A DNA stretch of 64,000 nt from Protoeuglena noctilucae. Its lineage: Eukaryota. The stretch is taken from assembly GCA_958009085.1 (NCBI GenBank), contig OY253675.1, forward strand, positions 186,001 through 250,000, given 5' to 3'. Numbering within the stretch: the stretch's first letter is position 1; each line of letters begins with the position of its first letter. Positions 12,541 through 22,956 of the stretch are shown here, one piece after another. Under the pieces are notes generated by a model. That model saw only the letters and a list, made by a program, of their open reading frames with translations. It was not told the origin of the DNA and searched no databases. Position numbers and translations under genes: made by a program.

Positions 12541-13129
12541 GGCCAGCCCATCGGCGGGGCTCGGCTCACGAGCAAGCAAGCGAGGACGCATGTGCTGTCG
12601 GCTGCCTGCGCGTGTCACTTGCCGCTCGTCGGGTGCGGGGACACGATCGGAGACACTCGCTGACGGATGGCCCGGCCGACGCACGCATCGACGAAGACGG
12701 CGACCGCAGCGGGGCAATCGCAGGCCTGGCGCACAACCGACACGGGGCCTCCCCCGCGCGGCCCGGAGAGGAGTGGCATTCACTACTGGGGACCGACCGC
12801 GGGGCTCGGGTCCGGCGCAGCGCACATCTCGCGAGTCATCGGGTGCGAGCCTGAGCCATTGGTCGCGAGCGCGCGAGCGGAGTGAGCCGGAACTGAGGCT
12901 GGTCATGCAGTGCAGAGCTGAAGGCCTCGTCTGCGTCCGCTCCGCATCGTTCCGGGGCCGAGGGGGCCGTGTGCAGGACGCGTGAGTGGAGCGTGCAGCC
13001 GCTTGGCAGGACGGGGCCGGGCACGAGGCCTCCGACGCCGCGCCTGCGCTGGCTGAGTAGGGCGTGTGCATTGGCAGTCGTGACGGTGCGCGGAGGCCGT
13101 GTCCGCAGACATGGTGGCGATGGCGGGCG
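12541..13129 (+). repeat. Repeat A: paralog of the upstream region and start codon of F-box/ankyrin gene 2 (20030-20588)
   Basis: Direct repeat from ggccagcccatcg...gcaagcgaggacgca...tgtgctgtcggctgcctgcgcgtgtc to gtggcgATGgcgggcg. Copy A carries a short extra segment near 12765-12790. Confidence 0.9.
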
Positions 13130-13145
13130 GTGCGGAAGCCAAGCT

Positions 13146-13363
13146 AGCGTCGGGGACCAGCCGTGGAGATGCGGCGGGGTGCGTGGTGGGTCCAGTTTGC
13201 GGACCCGGAGGCCATCTAGCGAGCACGGAGTGGATGTAAGATGCGATGGGCTGCAGCAGGCGGTGGATGAGGCGCGACGATGTGAAGTGGCCGGGACAGG
13301 ATTGGCAGCGAGTAGTGGCATGCGTGGAGGGTAGTTGGAAACGAGGGATGCAGGAGCCAGTGC
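13146..13363 (+). repeat. Repeat B: paralog of the 3' flank of F-box/ankyrin gene 1 (16170-16402)
   Basis: Shared gtccagtttgcgga.ccggaggccatctagcgagc.cggagtggaTGTAAgatgcgatgggctg...aggagccagtgc, including the TGTAA signal. Confidence 0.9.
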
Positions 13364-14079
13364 ACCCTGCAGCCCCTGCAAAAGGTCAGGCACGCACCTG
13401 GGTGCTCTGGCATGGCGGCGTGGATGACGCAACTGGAAAGCCAGAGCCTGCTGCTCCCACACACCGTCAAGCCTGCACAGTTGGCGTTGTCTGATGCAGC
13501 CGCGCCCGACCCGCGTGGTGGGATCGAGCCTCGGGCAACGCACGGCATCCGGCAGTCTTCTTGACATGCTGGCGACCGCACAACAGCCTCGCTGCCTCGT
13601 CCTGCGCAGGCATCAGCACACAGGGCTGCCGATGAGCGCATGCAGTGAATGCGACAGTATGCGGCGCTCAATCGTCGACAAGCGGCTGCCCATGCCACTG
13701 TCTTGCCAACGAGAACGCGCACGTGAAGCAAGGCCTCGCGCAGGCTGCACATGGCGGTGTGCGGCTGGCCGCGACCTCTGGCGCAGGACATACCCGCCGG
13801 AGCCGCCGTCGCGCCCCGTCGCCGCTGCGCGCGACCGCATGCATGCAATGCTGACCATACCCAGGCACGAGCGCTGGCGCTGAACGAGGCCGCGACTGCA
13901 CAGCGGGGTTGGCACGCTCTGGAGGCATTGGCCGGAGCCGTTTCGGAGCGGACAGGACACGCGAGGCGAGCGCGCAAGGCATCATAAGGGTAAGAGTGCG
14001 ATGGCGAATCGCGAGGGGTCTTCGCACGGTCGGGACGGGTGCAGGTCGTGGAGCACAGTGACCATCTTGCACATGCAGA

Positions 14080-15794
14080 ATGGGCTGCGCGGTCTCAACG
14101 GCGGCCGGCGGAGGTCGGTCGATGGAGCGTGCCGGTGCCATGTCGTTGGCGGGAGCGACCACCGTGGGTGAGGCGCAGCTGCGAGGCCGTATGCGTTGCT
14201 GTCGCTTTGGCTGGGTCGTTAGGGCACCCCGCCTGGGCCGGTCGTTTGCGCAGGGTGGGGCGACCTGCCCGGGGAGCTGCATCGCGAGATCCTGCGGCTG
14301 GTGCCGCTGCGCGACGCCACGGCGGCGCGGCGGGTGTCGCGGGAGATGCGCGAGGAGGTGGACGAGGTGTGGAGGCCGTGGGGCATCCGGGCCACGGTCG
14401 TGGACAGGCGAGAGAACACCCGACGCTACTTTATGAACATGGAATACGAGCATGAGCTCAACTACGGCCCGCTGGTGGTGTACGCGCATGACGGGTCCCA
14501 TGCGCACCACCTGGCGAGCATGGGGCTGTGGGGGATGGCCCTGCTGGTGGCGGAGGAACCGGACATCAATGGAATGTCGTGGACCGTACGACACGAGTGG
14601 GACGTCGACCATTCGCCGCTGATGGTGGCGGTGGTGGCACGACGGCCGGTGGGGCATGGGGCGGACGGCAGGGTGGAGTGGGCGCACGCGCTGGGGGACG
14701 AGGAGGTGGCGCGGATGGTGCGGGTGGCGGTGGGGATGGGGGCGGATGTCAACCAGCGGCTGCAGGAAGCGTGGCCGCTGATGACGTACTGTGCGGCGCG
14801 GGGCTGCGTGGAGGCGGTCAAGGCGTGCCTGGCAGCGGGGGCGGAGGTGGATGCGGGGATAGGCGACTGCTACACGGATTGGTGGACGGCGTTGGTGCAT
14901 GCCGGACAGAAGGGTCACGAGGCGGTGGTGGAGGCGCTGCTGCAGGCGGGGGCGTCGGCCAAGGTCGGGCGGCGTGGTGGGGATCAGACGTTGACGACGG
15001 TGTGCTTTGGTCATCCGACGCCGGGCATCGTGCATCGGCTGGTGGCGGCAGGGTCGGATGTCAATGCGGCTGACGTGTTGTGCTCTACGGCAATCCGCGG
15101 GGCTGCAAGGGAGGGTGACTTGGCTGTGATGGAAGCTCTGGTGGATCTGGGGGCGGAGCTGACTACCATTAGCAATGATGGGTCCACCGCGATGCACGAG
15201 GCGGCGAATGGGGAGGTGGTGCGGTGGCTGGTGGCGCGTGGGCTGAGCATCCACGGCGATGGGGACAACTGGTCCCCACTCATGGCGGCCTGCGGTCACG
15301 GCCATATCGACGCCGCTCGCGCTCTGGTGGAGCTGGGTGCGGACGTTCGTTACAGAGGCAGGCATGGTTTCACGGCTCTCCATTGGATGGTGTGTTGTGG
15401 CAAAGAGGAAGCGGCGGTGGAGATGACGCGGCTGCTGTTTGGGGCGGGGGCGGACGCCAAGGCTGTTGGGTGGCGAAACCGGGTGCCCCTGCACTGGGTC
15501 AGGCACGCCGCGTGCGTGGACCTGCTGGTGGACGCGGGGGCAGACCTGGAGGCGCGGGACAGGTGGGGCAGGACGCCCATCGGCGTCTTTGCAAGCGACT
15601 TGCAGTACAATGCCGAGGTGGTGCTGCGGCTGGCTGACCGCGGCGCGGACCTGGTCAACACGGGCGGGGAGGCGGGGTTGGTGGAGCGCATAGTGGCGAA
15701 GCTGCGGGCCCAGCGTAGCGTGGCCAGCCCCGCTGACCGCGGGTGCCAGGTGAGGGTCTGGCCCAGGGGTTGGTGCTCGTCGCATGGTGCGTAG
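14080..15794 (+). CDS. F-box + ankyrin-repeat protein (paralog 1)
   Basis: Exon 1 14080-14167, intron 14168-14253, then F-box WGDLPGELHREILRLVPLRDATAARRVSREMR and about 8 ankyrin repeats (e.g. SPLMAACGHGHIDAARALVELGADV, GFTALHW, GADLEARDRWGRTPI). A probable donor at 15750 makes the true C-terminus uncertain. Confidence 0.85.
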
Positions 15795-16169
15795 AGCGCG
15801 GTCTGTGCTGGGGCGTGCAGGTGGGGGCCAGAGGTGATAGGGCGGGGCCAGCGGTTGTGTCACGGTCTGAGCATGGTCACTGCTCTTGCTCTGCCCTGCT
15901 CCGGCAAGCCCCGCTGCGGTTGGCCGAGCTCAGGCCTCACAACGCCGCCTGTGCGCAACGGCGAGTGACCCACGCCGCCCCCAGGCACCGTCGGCGCCCC
16001 AGCATGGTTCCCAATCGTCACCGCAGGTGTGGGTGTGGACGCGCAACTGACGGGTGCAGACGGGCCCCTGCTGTTCGGGGGTGGAGTGCGGGCAATGGGA
16101 GCCCCGGCAGCGGGCGTGATAGTCCGATGTGGGAGTCTTCAAGCAGCATGTGAGAGTCAGCAAGTGGCA

Positions 16170-16402
16170 AGCGTCGGCGCAAGCATTGGCCGGCGCATGG
16201 AGATGCAGCGGGGCGCGTAGGTCCAGTTTGCGGAACCGGAGGCCATCTAGCGAGCGCGGAGTGGATGTAAGATGCGATGGGCTGAAGCAGGCGGTGGGTC
16301 AGGCGCCACGATGTGAAGTGGCCTGGACAGGGACGGCAGCGAGTAGTGGCACGCATGGGTGGTAGCATGGCAGCTGGGTACAAGAGATGAAGGAGCCAGT
16401 GC
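16170..16402 (+). repeat. Repeat B' (3' UTR region of F-box/ankyrin gene 1)
   Basis: Direct repeat of 13146-13363, with TGTAA at 16266-16270. Confidence 0.9.
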
Positions 16403-16414
16403 GCTTATGGCGTC

Positions 16415-17469
16415 TCAGCCCTGCTCTGGCTTCCACCACGGCCCCGTTGCGTCCTCCCCGGGCATTGTCTGTCGAGAGTTCTCAACGGGTACAGTGTCAA
16501 AATACATAACGGCGGAACACACAGCTGGGAGGCCGCCCTTGCCACCCAGCGCCGCCAGCATGGGAGGGCACCCCTCCAGCGCACGTGCCTGCAAGCGCGG
16601 CCGTCACGAGCATATCAGGGAGGTGGGTGAGACACACCTGAGGAGCGCGGAGTGTGCAATTCGCAACTCCTAGATGATCCCATGTTGGCGTGGCTGTCAC
16701 CACCCTCGTCGAATCCGGGCGAAGGCGGCTATGGGCCAATGTCAGAGCCGCCGCACATGGAAGGCCAGCTTGCGATCGTTGGTGAAAGGGCAGCCCCGCA
16801 TCATCACCTGCTTTACTGTCGTGAACCGTGCCGAGAGGCCGTGCGTGATGCCATCAGAGGGACCAAGGACACGCACGCCAGGCCGGCCCTGAAAGCTCAG
16901 CACCTTCCCGCACGTCGCCTGCGAGAGGCACGGCGCAGGCTTCCTCATGTCGTCGCAGCAGCAGGGGCGTGGCGAGGCGCAGCACCATCGCAGGCGATCG
17001 CAGTGCCAGCGCCTGTCCTCTCACCAAGCCACGGCGCAGGACTCTACGCTCGGTACCTAGGTCTGAATGCCGGGTCCCAAGCCAGGCCTGGCCCCGTCAC
17101 ACACCTGGGTCGTTCTCGCCAAGTCGCTCTCGGCAATCTGCCCGACCGCTGCCACCATCGCATCCGCCATGCCCGCCCCGGCCCTGTCCGCCTCGTTGAA
17201 CAGTGCAAAGAAGTCAATTCCTCCCTCGTACTGCGGGTAGGGAGATTAGGGAGTGTCCCTGATGCTGCGCCACGCTACAGCCCCCCTTCGTCACACGCGG
17301 CCGCCCCTCGCCTTGTCCCCTCGCCGGAAAATGTCCATCACATCGCTCTCCACGCGACCCTCGAACGCCACCGCCGACAGCTCGCCGCAAAGGGGCTCCA
17401 CAACTGCGAGTAGAGGGGCATGTGACGAAGCCATCCCGTGCTCGGAACAATCCATCCATCCATCCATCC

Positions 17470-17508
<39 letters not shown>

Positions 17509-17889
17509 CGTGCACGCGCTCTCGGCCCCGTTGTGCGCTCTCGCACCTTCCCGTAGGGCCGTCGGCCAGTAGATTTCGTCCGCCACAAAGCGCTGCAAAT
17601 GCGCTTCGCTTCCGAACCGCACGTGCACCGCGTGCGTGAAGTCGCACAGCCCGGACCCCGCCCCTGCTCCCCGGACGCACGCCTGCAGCTTCCCCCCGCT
17701 CGCACACAGCGCATGGGGCGCCTTGTATTGCAGGCTCCACACGTGGTCCACGGCGGTCTCTGCTGCGCCCTCCGGGAGGCCGTCCTTGGCTCGGAGGAGA
17801 AACACGCACTCAACTACGGGCGTGGCCCGTATTCGAACGTCACGGCGCGCCAAAGGCCCGTGTGTGCACCACTGCCTCACGAATCGCAT
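16415..17889 (-). CDS. Stress-responsive A/B barrel (tandem Dabb) protein, probably plastid-targeted, 5 exons
   Basis: VECVFLLRAK...VWSLQY...FTHAVHVRF...; AFEGRVESDVMDIFRRGDK|YEGGIDF...; GITHGLSARF; last exon ARALEGCPPM...KPEQG*. Resembles plant double-Dabb (At2g32500-like) proteins. Confidence 0.75.
17450..17508. repeat. Compound tetranucleotide microsatellite (TCCA)n(TCAA)n in a Dabb intron
   Basis: About 5 TCCA units followed by about 9 TCAA units. Confidence 0.95.
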
Positions 17890-18136
17890 GCGAAACAACG
17901 ATCCGTAGCGCTCCTCTCGTCCGGCAGAGCTCCCCTTCAGTGCTGCGATACTCTACTACGCGGTACACATCCAACCCCCGGGTTCTGTGGCTACGCGGGC
18001 CATTGGCAGGCGGCTAAGAGCCAGTTCCCATGCCAGTCACGCGGCCATTGCTCATGCAGCAGGTGGGGATTCTGAGCCCACAAATCCATCGCACGAATAG
18101 ATCGGTGCTTAAGCTTCCTTCGACCCTCGCAGCGCC

Positions 18137-19860
18137 ATGGTGCTCGACGTCCCTTTGACTCCGTGGGAGTCGAAGGCGAAGAAGAGCAAGGTCTGCGTGA
18201 CGGGCGTCACGGGGTATGTCGCCGGGTGAGTGTCTCCGTCCTTGCGTGTCAGGCGTGGCCATCGGCCGATTAGAATCGCGGATAGCACGCACGGATAGCA
18301 CGCGCTCGCAGGCCCATCGTGGAGCGGCTGCTCGCCGCCGGACACACCGTGCACGGCACCGTGCGAAGCGTGAAGGCAGAGGAGCTGGGGAAGGAGCTGC
18401 TGAGCCTGCCCGGCGCGAAGGCGAGGGGTCTTCCGAGTCCTCAGCTCGAACCTGGGGACTGGGAAGCTGCTGCCACAGTCCCACAGTGCCACAGTGATAT
18501 CCTGCGTTCATCCTCTCCCGCAGGAGCGCTTGAAGCTGTTCGAGGCAGACCTCCTCAAGCCCGGCTCTTTCGACGAGGCCATGAAGGGCTGCACGTATGT
18601 GATACACACGGCTATGCCATTCCTCCACACAGTGGCCGGGGGAGAGGGTCGCGCGAAGCTCATCGATCCTGCGCTGCAGGGGACGCGGAACGTCCTCGAG
18701 AGCGTCAACCGGGAGCCGTCGGGTGCGTGAGAGGCCTCGAATGTCGTCATCATTCGATGGATTGGCCGTTGGGCCACATCTGTCGCTCTACGCTCGCAGT
18801 CAAACGCGTGGTCTTGACGTCGAGCATGGCGGCCGTCACGTCGGGGCCAGGGCAGCACCCGGACCGCGAGCGGCATGTGTTTACGGAGGAGGACTGGAGC
18901 GAGATTAATGAGCACGCAATGCCCTACAACTACGCCAAGGTGCCTGAGGCGCTTGAGGGGCGCGGGCCTGGCCCGGCGCTCTATGCCGCGACAGCGAGGA
19001 AGAGGGCTTGTCCAAAACCGAGCGTCACGCCCGCCGTCCTGCTCTGCCGCAGCACCACCAGGAGAAGCTGGCGTGGGAGATGGCGGGCCAGCAGAGCCGG
19101 TGGATGCTCGTGTCGATCAACCCGGGCATGGTGATGGGGCCTTCCCCGACGGACCGCAGCGACTCGACATCCATCAAGCTCTTTTCGGACATGATCACGG
19201 GGAAGCTCCCGTTGGCTCCCGGCGTCGTCTTCGGCTGGTGAGATTTGCTAATGCTTCTTGTTGGCTCTCGTGAGGGTGGCGGATGCTGTCCGTGGTGCAC
19301 AGATGATATGCACTTTTGCAATGAATGTACGCCCCATCATCACTCGCCCGCGCGTGTGCTGCCCGCAGGTCCGACATCCGCTGCGTTGCTGCCGCCCACT
19401 GCATCGCCGCTGTCAACCCGGCGTGTCAGGGAAGGTACATGACTGTGGCCAGCGAGTCCTACACCTTCCTCGACGGTGCACGGTGGATCAAGGCAGGCGA
19501 GTGGGGCGCCCTGACCCTCAGATGCCGGGCTGCCGACCGATTACTGCCGACCGATAAAAATAGCAGTGCCTCTTGGCGAGCATGGGCGATTCTGTTGGTC
19601 CCGCAGTGCTGCCAGACGCGAGGGTACCGATGGGCAAAGCGCCTTACTGGCTCATATGGCTTGTGGGGCCCATGATGGGCGCCAGCAGGATGTTCTTGCG
19701 CCTGTCGTGCTACGACAAGATGCTGATGGACACAGGAAAGATGCAGCGCGACATGGGCTCGGCGTCGTGGTGGATTGACCCGGAGAGGTCTGCGAAGGAT
19801 TTTGCCACGTGGCTGGTCGACACGGGGAAGGTCCCGTACAAGGGCAGGAAGGCGGGGTGA
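18137..19860 (+). CDS. NAD(P)-dependent epimerase/dehydratase (DFR/CCR-like extended SDR), 7 exons
   Basis: VCVTGVTGYVAG Rossmann motif, ERLKLFEADLLKPGSFDEA, GTRNVLES, VVLTSSMAAV, YNYAK (YxxxK), INPGMVMGP. Confidence 0.92.
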
Positions 19861-20029
19861 GGAGGGAGGGGCATGCAGGGGTAGGGCATCTGCTTTGTGT
19901 TGGTAAAGCCACTGTGCTGCCGGAGCACAAGCGCAAGGATAAAGCCTTTGGTCTCAGAGCAAGCTTTGAAGCAAGACTTCCTCGTCAGTAGGATTGGCTG
20001 TGACTGACCCGTGCGCGGCCTCGTGAACA

Positions 20030-20588
20030 GGCCAGCCCATCGACGGGGCTGGGCTCTCAAGCAAGCGAGGACGCACTATGTGCTGTCGGCTGCCTGCGCG
20101 TGTCGCTTGCCGCTCGTCGGGTGCGGGGACGCGATCTGAGACACTCGCCGACGGATGGCCCAGCCGACGCGCGCATCGACGCAGACGGCGGCGCAGCGGG
20201 GCAATCGCAGGCCTGGCGCACAACCGACACGGGGCCTCCCCCGCGCGGCCCGGGGACCGACCGCGGGGCTCGGGTCCGGCGCAGCGCACATCTCGCGAGT
20301 CATGGGATGCGAGCCTGAGCCATCGGTCGCGAGCGCGGGGGCGGAGTGAGCCGGAACTGAGGCTGGTCACCTCGTGCAGAGCTAAGCCTCGTCTGCGTCT
20401 GCACCGCATCGTTCCGGGGCCGAGGGGGCCGTGTACAGGACGCGTGAGTTGCTTAGAGCTGCTTGGCAGGACAGGCCGGACGGGAGGCCTCCGACGCCGC
20501 GCCTGCGCTGGTTGGATGTAGCGCATGCCTGGGCAGTCGTGACGGCGCGCGGCATGCGTTTCTGCAGACGTGGTGGCGATGGCGGGCG
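20030..20588 (+). repeat. Repeat A' (upstream region of F-box/ankyrin gene 2)
   Basis: Direct repeat of 12541-13129. Confidence 0.9.
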
Positions 20589-22262
20589 ATGAGAATGCCG
20601 AGCGAGCGTTGGATCCCACCGTGAGGGGTCCGCGCGTGGGTGAGGCGCAGCGGCGAGGCCATCTGCCTTGGTGTCTCTTTCGCTGGACTGTCGCATCACC
20701 CCGCGTGGTCCTGTCGCTTGCGCAGGGTGGGACGATCTGCCTGGAGAGCTGCATCGCGAGATCCTGCGGCTGGTCCCGCTGCGCGACGCCACGGCGGCGC
20801 GGGGGGTGTCGCGGGAGATGCGCGACGAGGTGGACGAGGTGTGGAGGGCGTGGGGCATCCGGGCCACGGCGGAGGACAGGCGGTGGAACACCCCAACCCG
20901 AAACCGCTATATAGACAGGAATTGCAAGCATGATCTCGACTATGGCCCGCTGGTGGTGTATGTGCATGACGGGTCCCATGCGCACCACCTGGCGAGCCTG
21001 GGGCTGTGGTGGCTGGCCATGCTGGTGGCGGAGGGGCCCGACATCAACGGCATGTCATGTGGGGATTTTACCACATATGTACACGGGGCAACGGCATGTC
21101 ATGGGCCGTGCAAGGTTCAGACGTGGATCAGTCACCGCTGATGGTGGCAGTGCGGGCGCGGCAACCGGTGGAGCGCAGGGCGGACGGCAGGGTGGAGTGG
21201 GCGCACGCGCTGGGGGACAAGGAGGTGGCGCGGATGGTGCGGGTGGCGGTGGCTATGGGGGCGGACGTCAACCGGCGGCTGCAGGAAGCGTGGCCGCTGA
21301 TGACGTACTGTGCGGGGGGGGCTGCCTGGAGGCGGTGAAGGCGTGCCTGGCAGCGGGGGCGGAGGTGGATGCGGCAAGCGGCAACAGCTACATGGATTGG
21401 TGGACGGCGTTGGTGCATGCCGGACGGGAGGGTCACGAGGCAGTGGTGGAGGCGCTGCTGGAGGCGGGGGCGTCTGCCAAGGTCGGGCGCGATGGGAGGG
21501 ACGAGACGTTGGGAGCGGTGTGCTGGGGTCGACCAACGCCGGGCATCGTGCGTCGGCTGGTGGAGGCTGGTGCGGACGTGAAAGCAGTAGATGACGATGG
21601 TTATTCAGCCCTGCACAGAGCAGCAATAAGGGGCAACCTGGCCGTCATGGAGGCCCTGGTGGATCTGGGGGCCGAGCTGACTACCACCAGCAATGATGGG
21701 TCCACAGCGATGCACGACGGCGAATGGGGAGGTGGTGCGGTGGCTGATGGCACGTGGGGTAAGCATCCAGGGTGATGGGGTTGACGAGTCCCCGCTGTTG
21801 GGTACCTGCTTTATTGGCCACGTCGACGCCGCCCGCGCTCTGGTGGAGTTGGGGGCGGACGTTCGTTACAGAGGCAGGCAAGGTTTCACGGCTCTCCACT
21901 GGATGGTGTGTTGTGGCAAAGAGGAAGTGGCGCTAGAGATGACCCGGCTGCTGCTGGCGGCAGGGGCGGACGCCAATGCTGCCAATGCACACAATAGGGC
22001 GCCCCTTCACTTTGTCAGGCACGCCGCGTGCGTGGACCTGCTGCTGGACGCGGGGGCAGACCTGGAGGCGCGGGACGAGCTGGGCATGACACCCATTGGC
22101 GTTGCTGCAAGCGACTTCCCGCACACAGCTGAGGCGGTGCTGCGGCTGGCCGACCGCGGCGCGGACCTGGTCAACACGGGCAGGGAGGCGGGGCTGGTGG
22201 ATTGCATAGTGGCGGAGCTGCGGGCCTAGCGGAGCGGTAGCCCGGCTGACCACCCATGCGAG
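20579..22262 (+). pseudogene. F-box + ankyrin-repeat paralog 2, disabled
   Basis: Same intron 1 and F-box (WDDLPGELHREILRLVP) as paralog 1. Lesions: 44-nt insertion at about 21060-21103, short deletions near 21315 and 21717, and CAG>TAG at 22227-22229. Confidence 0.8.
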
Positions 22263-22956
22263 GTGAGGGCGTGGTGTGGGGGCGTGGAACAGAGTCAGCA
22301 TGTGCTGCAGCGTGTGGATGGGTGCGGGAGGTGGCAGTGGCAGTGGTGGGTATGGGCAGCCGCAAAAGAGTGGGTCTGAGTGCTGCTGACTGCGCCAATG
22401 AGTGCAGGCGGCCAAGGTACAAGCGCCGGCGCAGTGGTCTCCGTGAGGGGGGCGTGGCCAGGGCTCGCTTGGTCCATTCGGGTGGGTGGCGACCACAACC
22501 CCCGCCCACGGCTGGCGCGGGTGAGGCCGGGCTGTCTGGGCTGTCTGGCTTGTTGGACAGCCCACGGTGCTCAGCCCATGCGAGGCGTCGAATGGCGTCC
22601 CTCTAGCCGAAGAATGCAGCAGGATAGCTCAGCTCTGGCTTTGCCCTAACCTAGGTTTTACAGCTTTGAAGTCACTGGACGGCCGGCAAAAAGAAAGGGC
22701 CTCATGTTGATCATTTGATCCATTCGTGAAAATCTGCTGGCCATTTCGCCCAGGGTTTGCACGAACAACCGAGCCGGGTCCGAAATGGGCCCCGTGGCGG
22801 GTGAGGAGCCGTTTGCCGCGCTGGTTTCGCTGCTTTGCAAAGCAGGGTACCGCTCGCGTGCCCCAGCTTCCCCGACTCGCAAATCAATGTTGTTCCCCGC
22901 ACCCAGACGTCCCCTCCCGGGCGCGCGCGCCGTGGCGGTACCAGCGGACCCATGCG

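Noticed and set aside
13668..15863. 731-aa minus-strand ORF and many other long ORFs in the track (e.g. 9298-10773, 10-939, 62491-63813)
   Set aside because: Antisense or alternative-frame shadows of real exons in stop-poor GC-rich DNA; no motifs, R/P/A-biased composition.
12541..16402. Repeats A/B as LTRs or transposon termini
   Set aside because: No TG...CA ends, TIRs, TSDs, transposase or RT were seen; the repeats are better explained as gene flanks of F-box/ankyrin paralogs.
17889..18003. In-frame upstream ATG of the Dabb gene separated by TAG TAG
   Set aside because: Lies in a probable 5' UTR or divergent promoter with no conservation evidence; explicable by chance.
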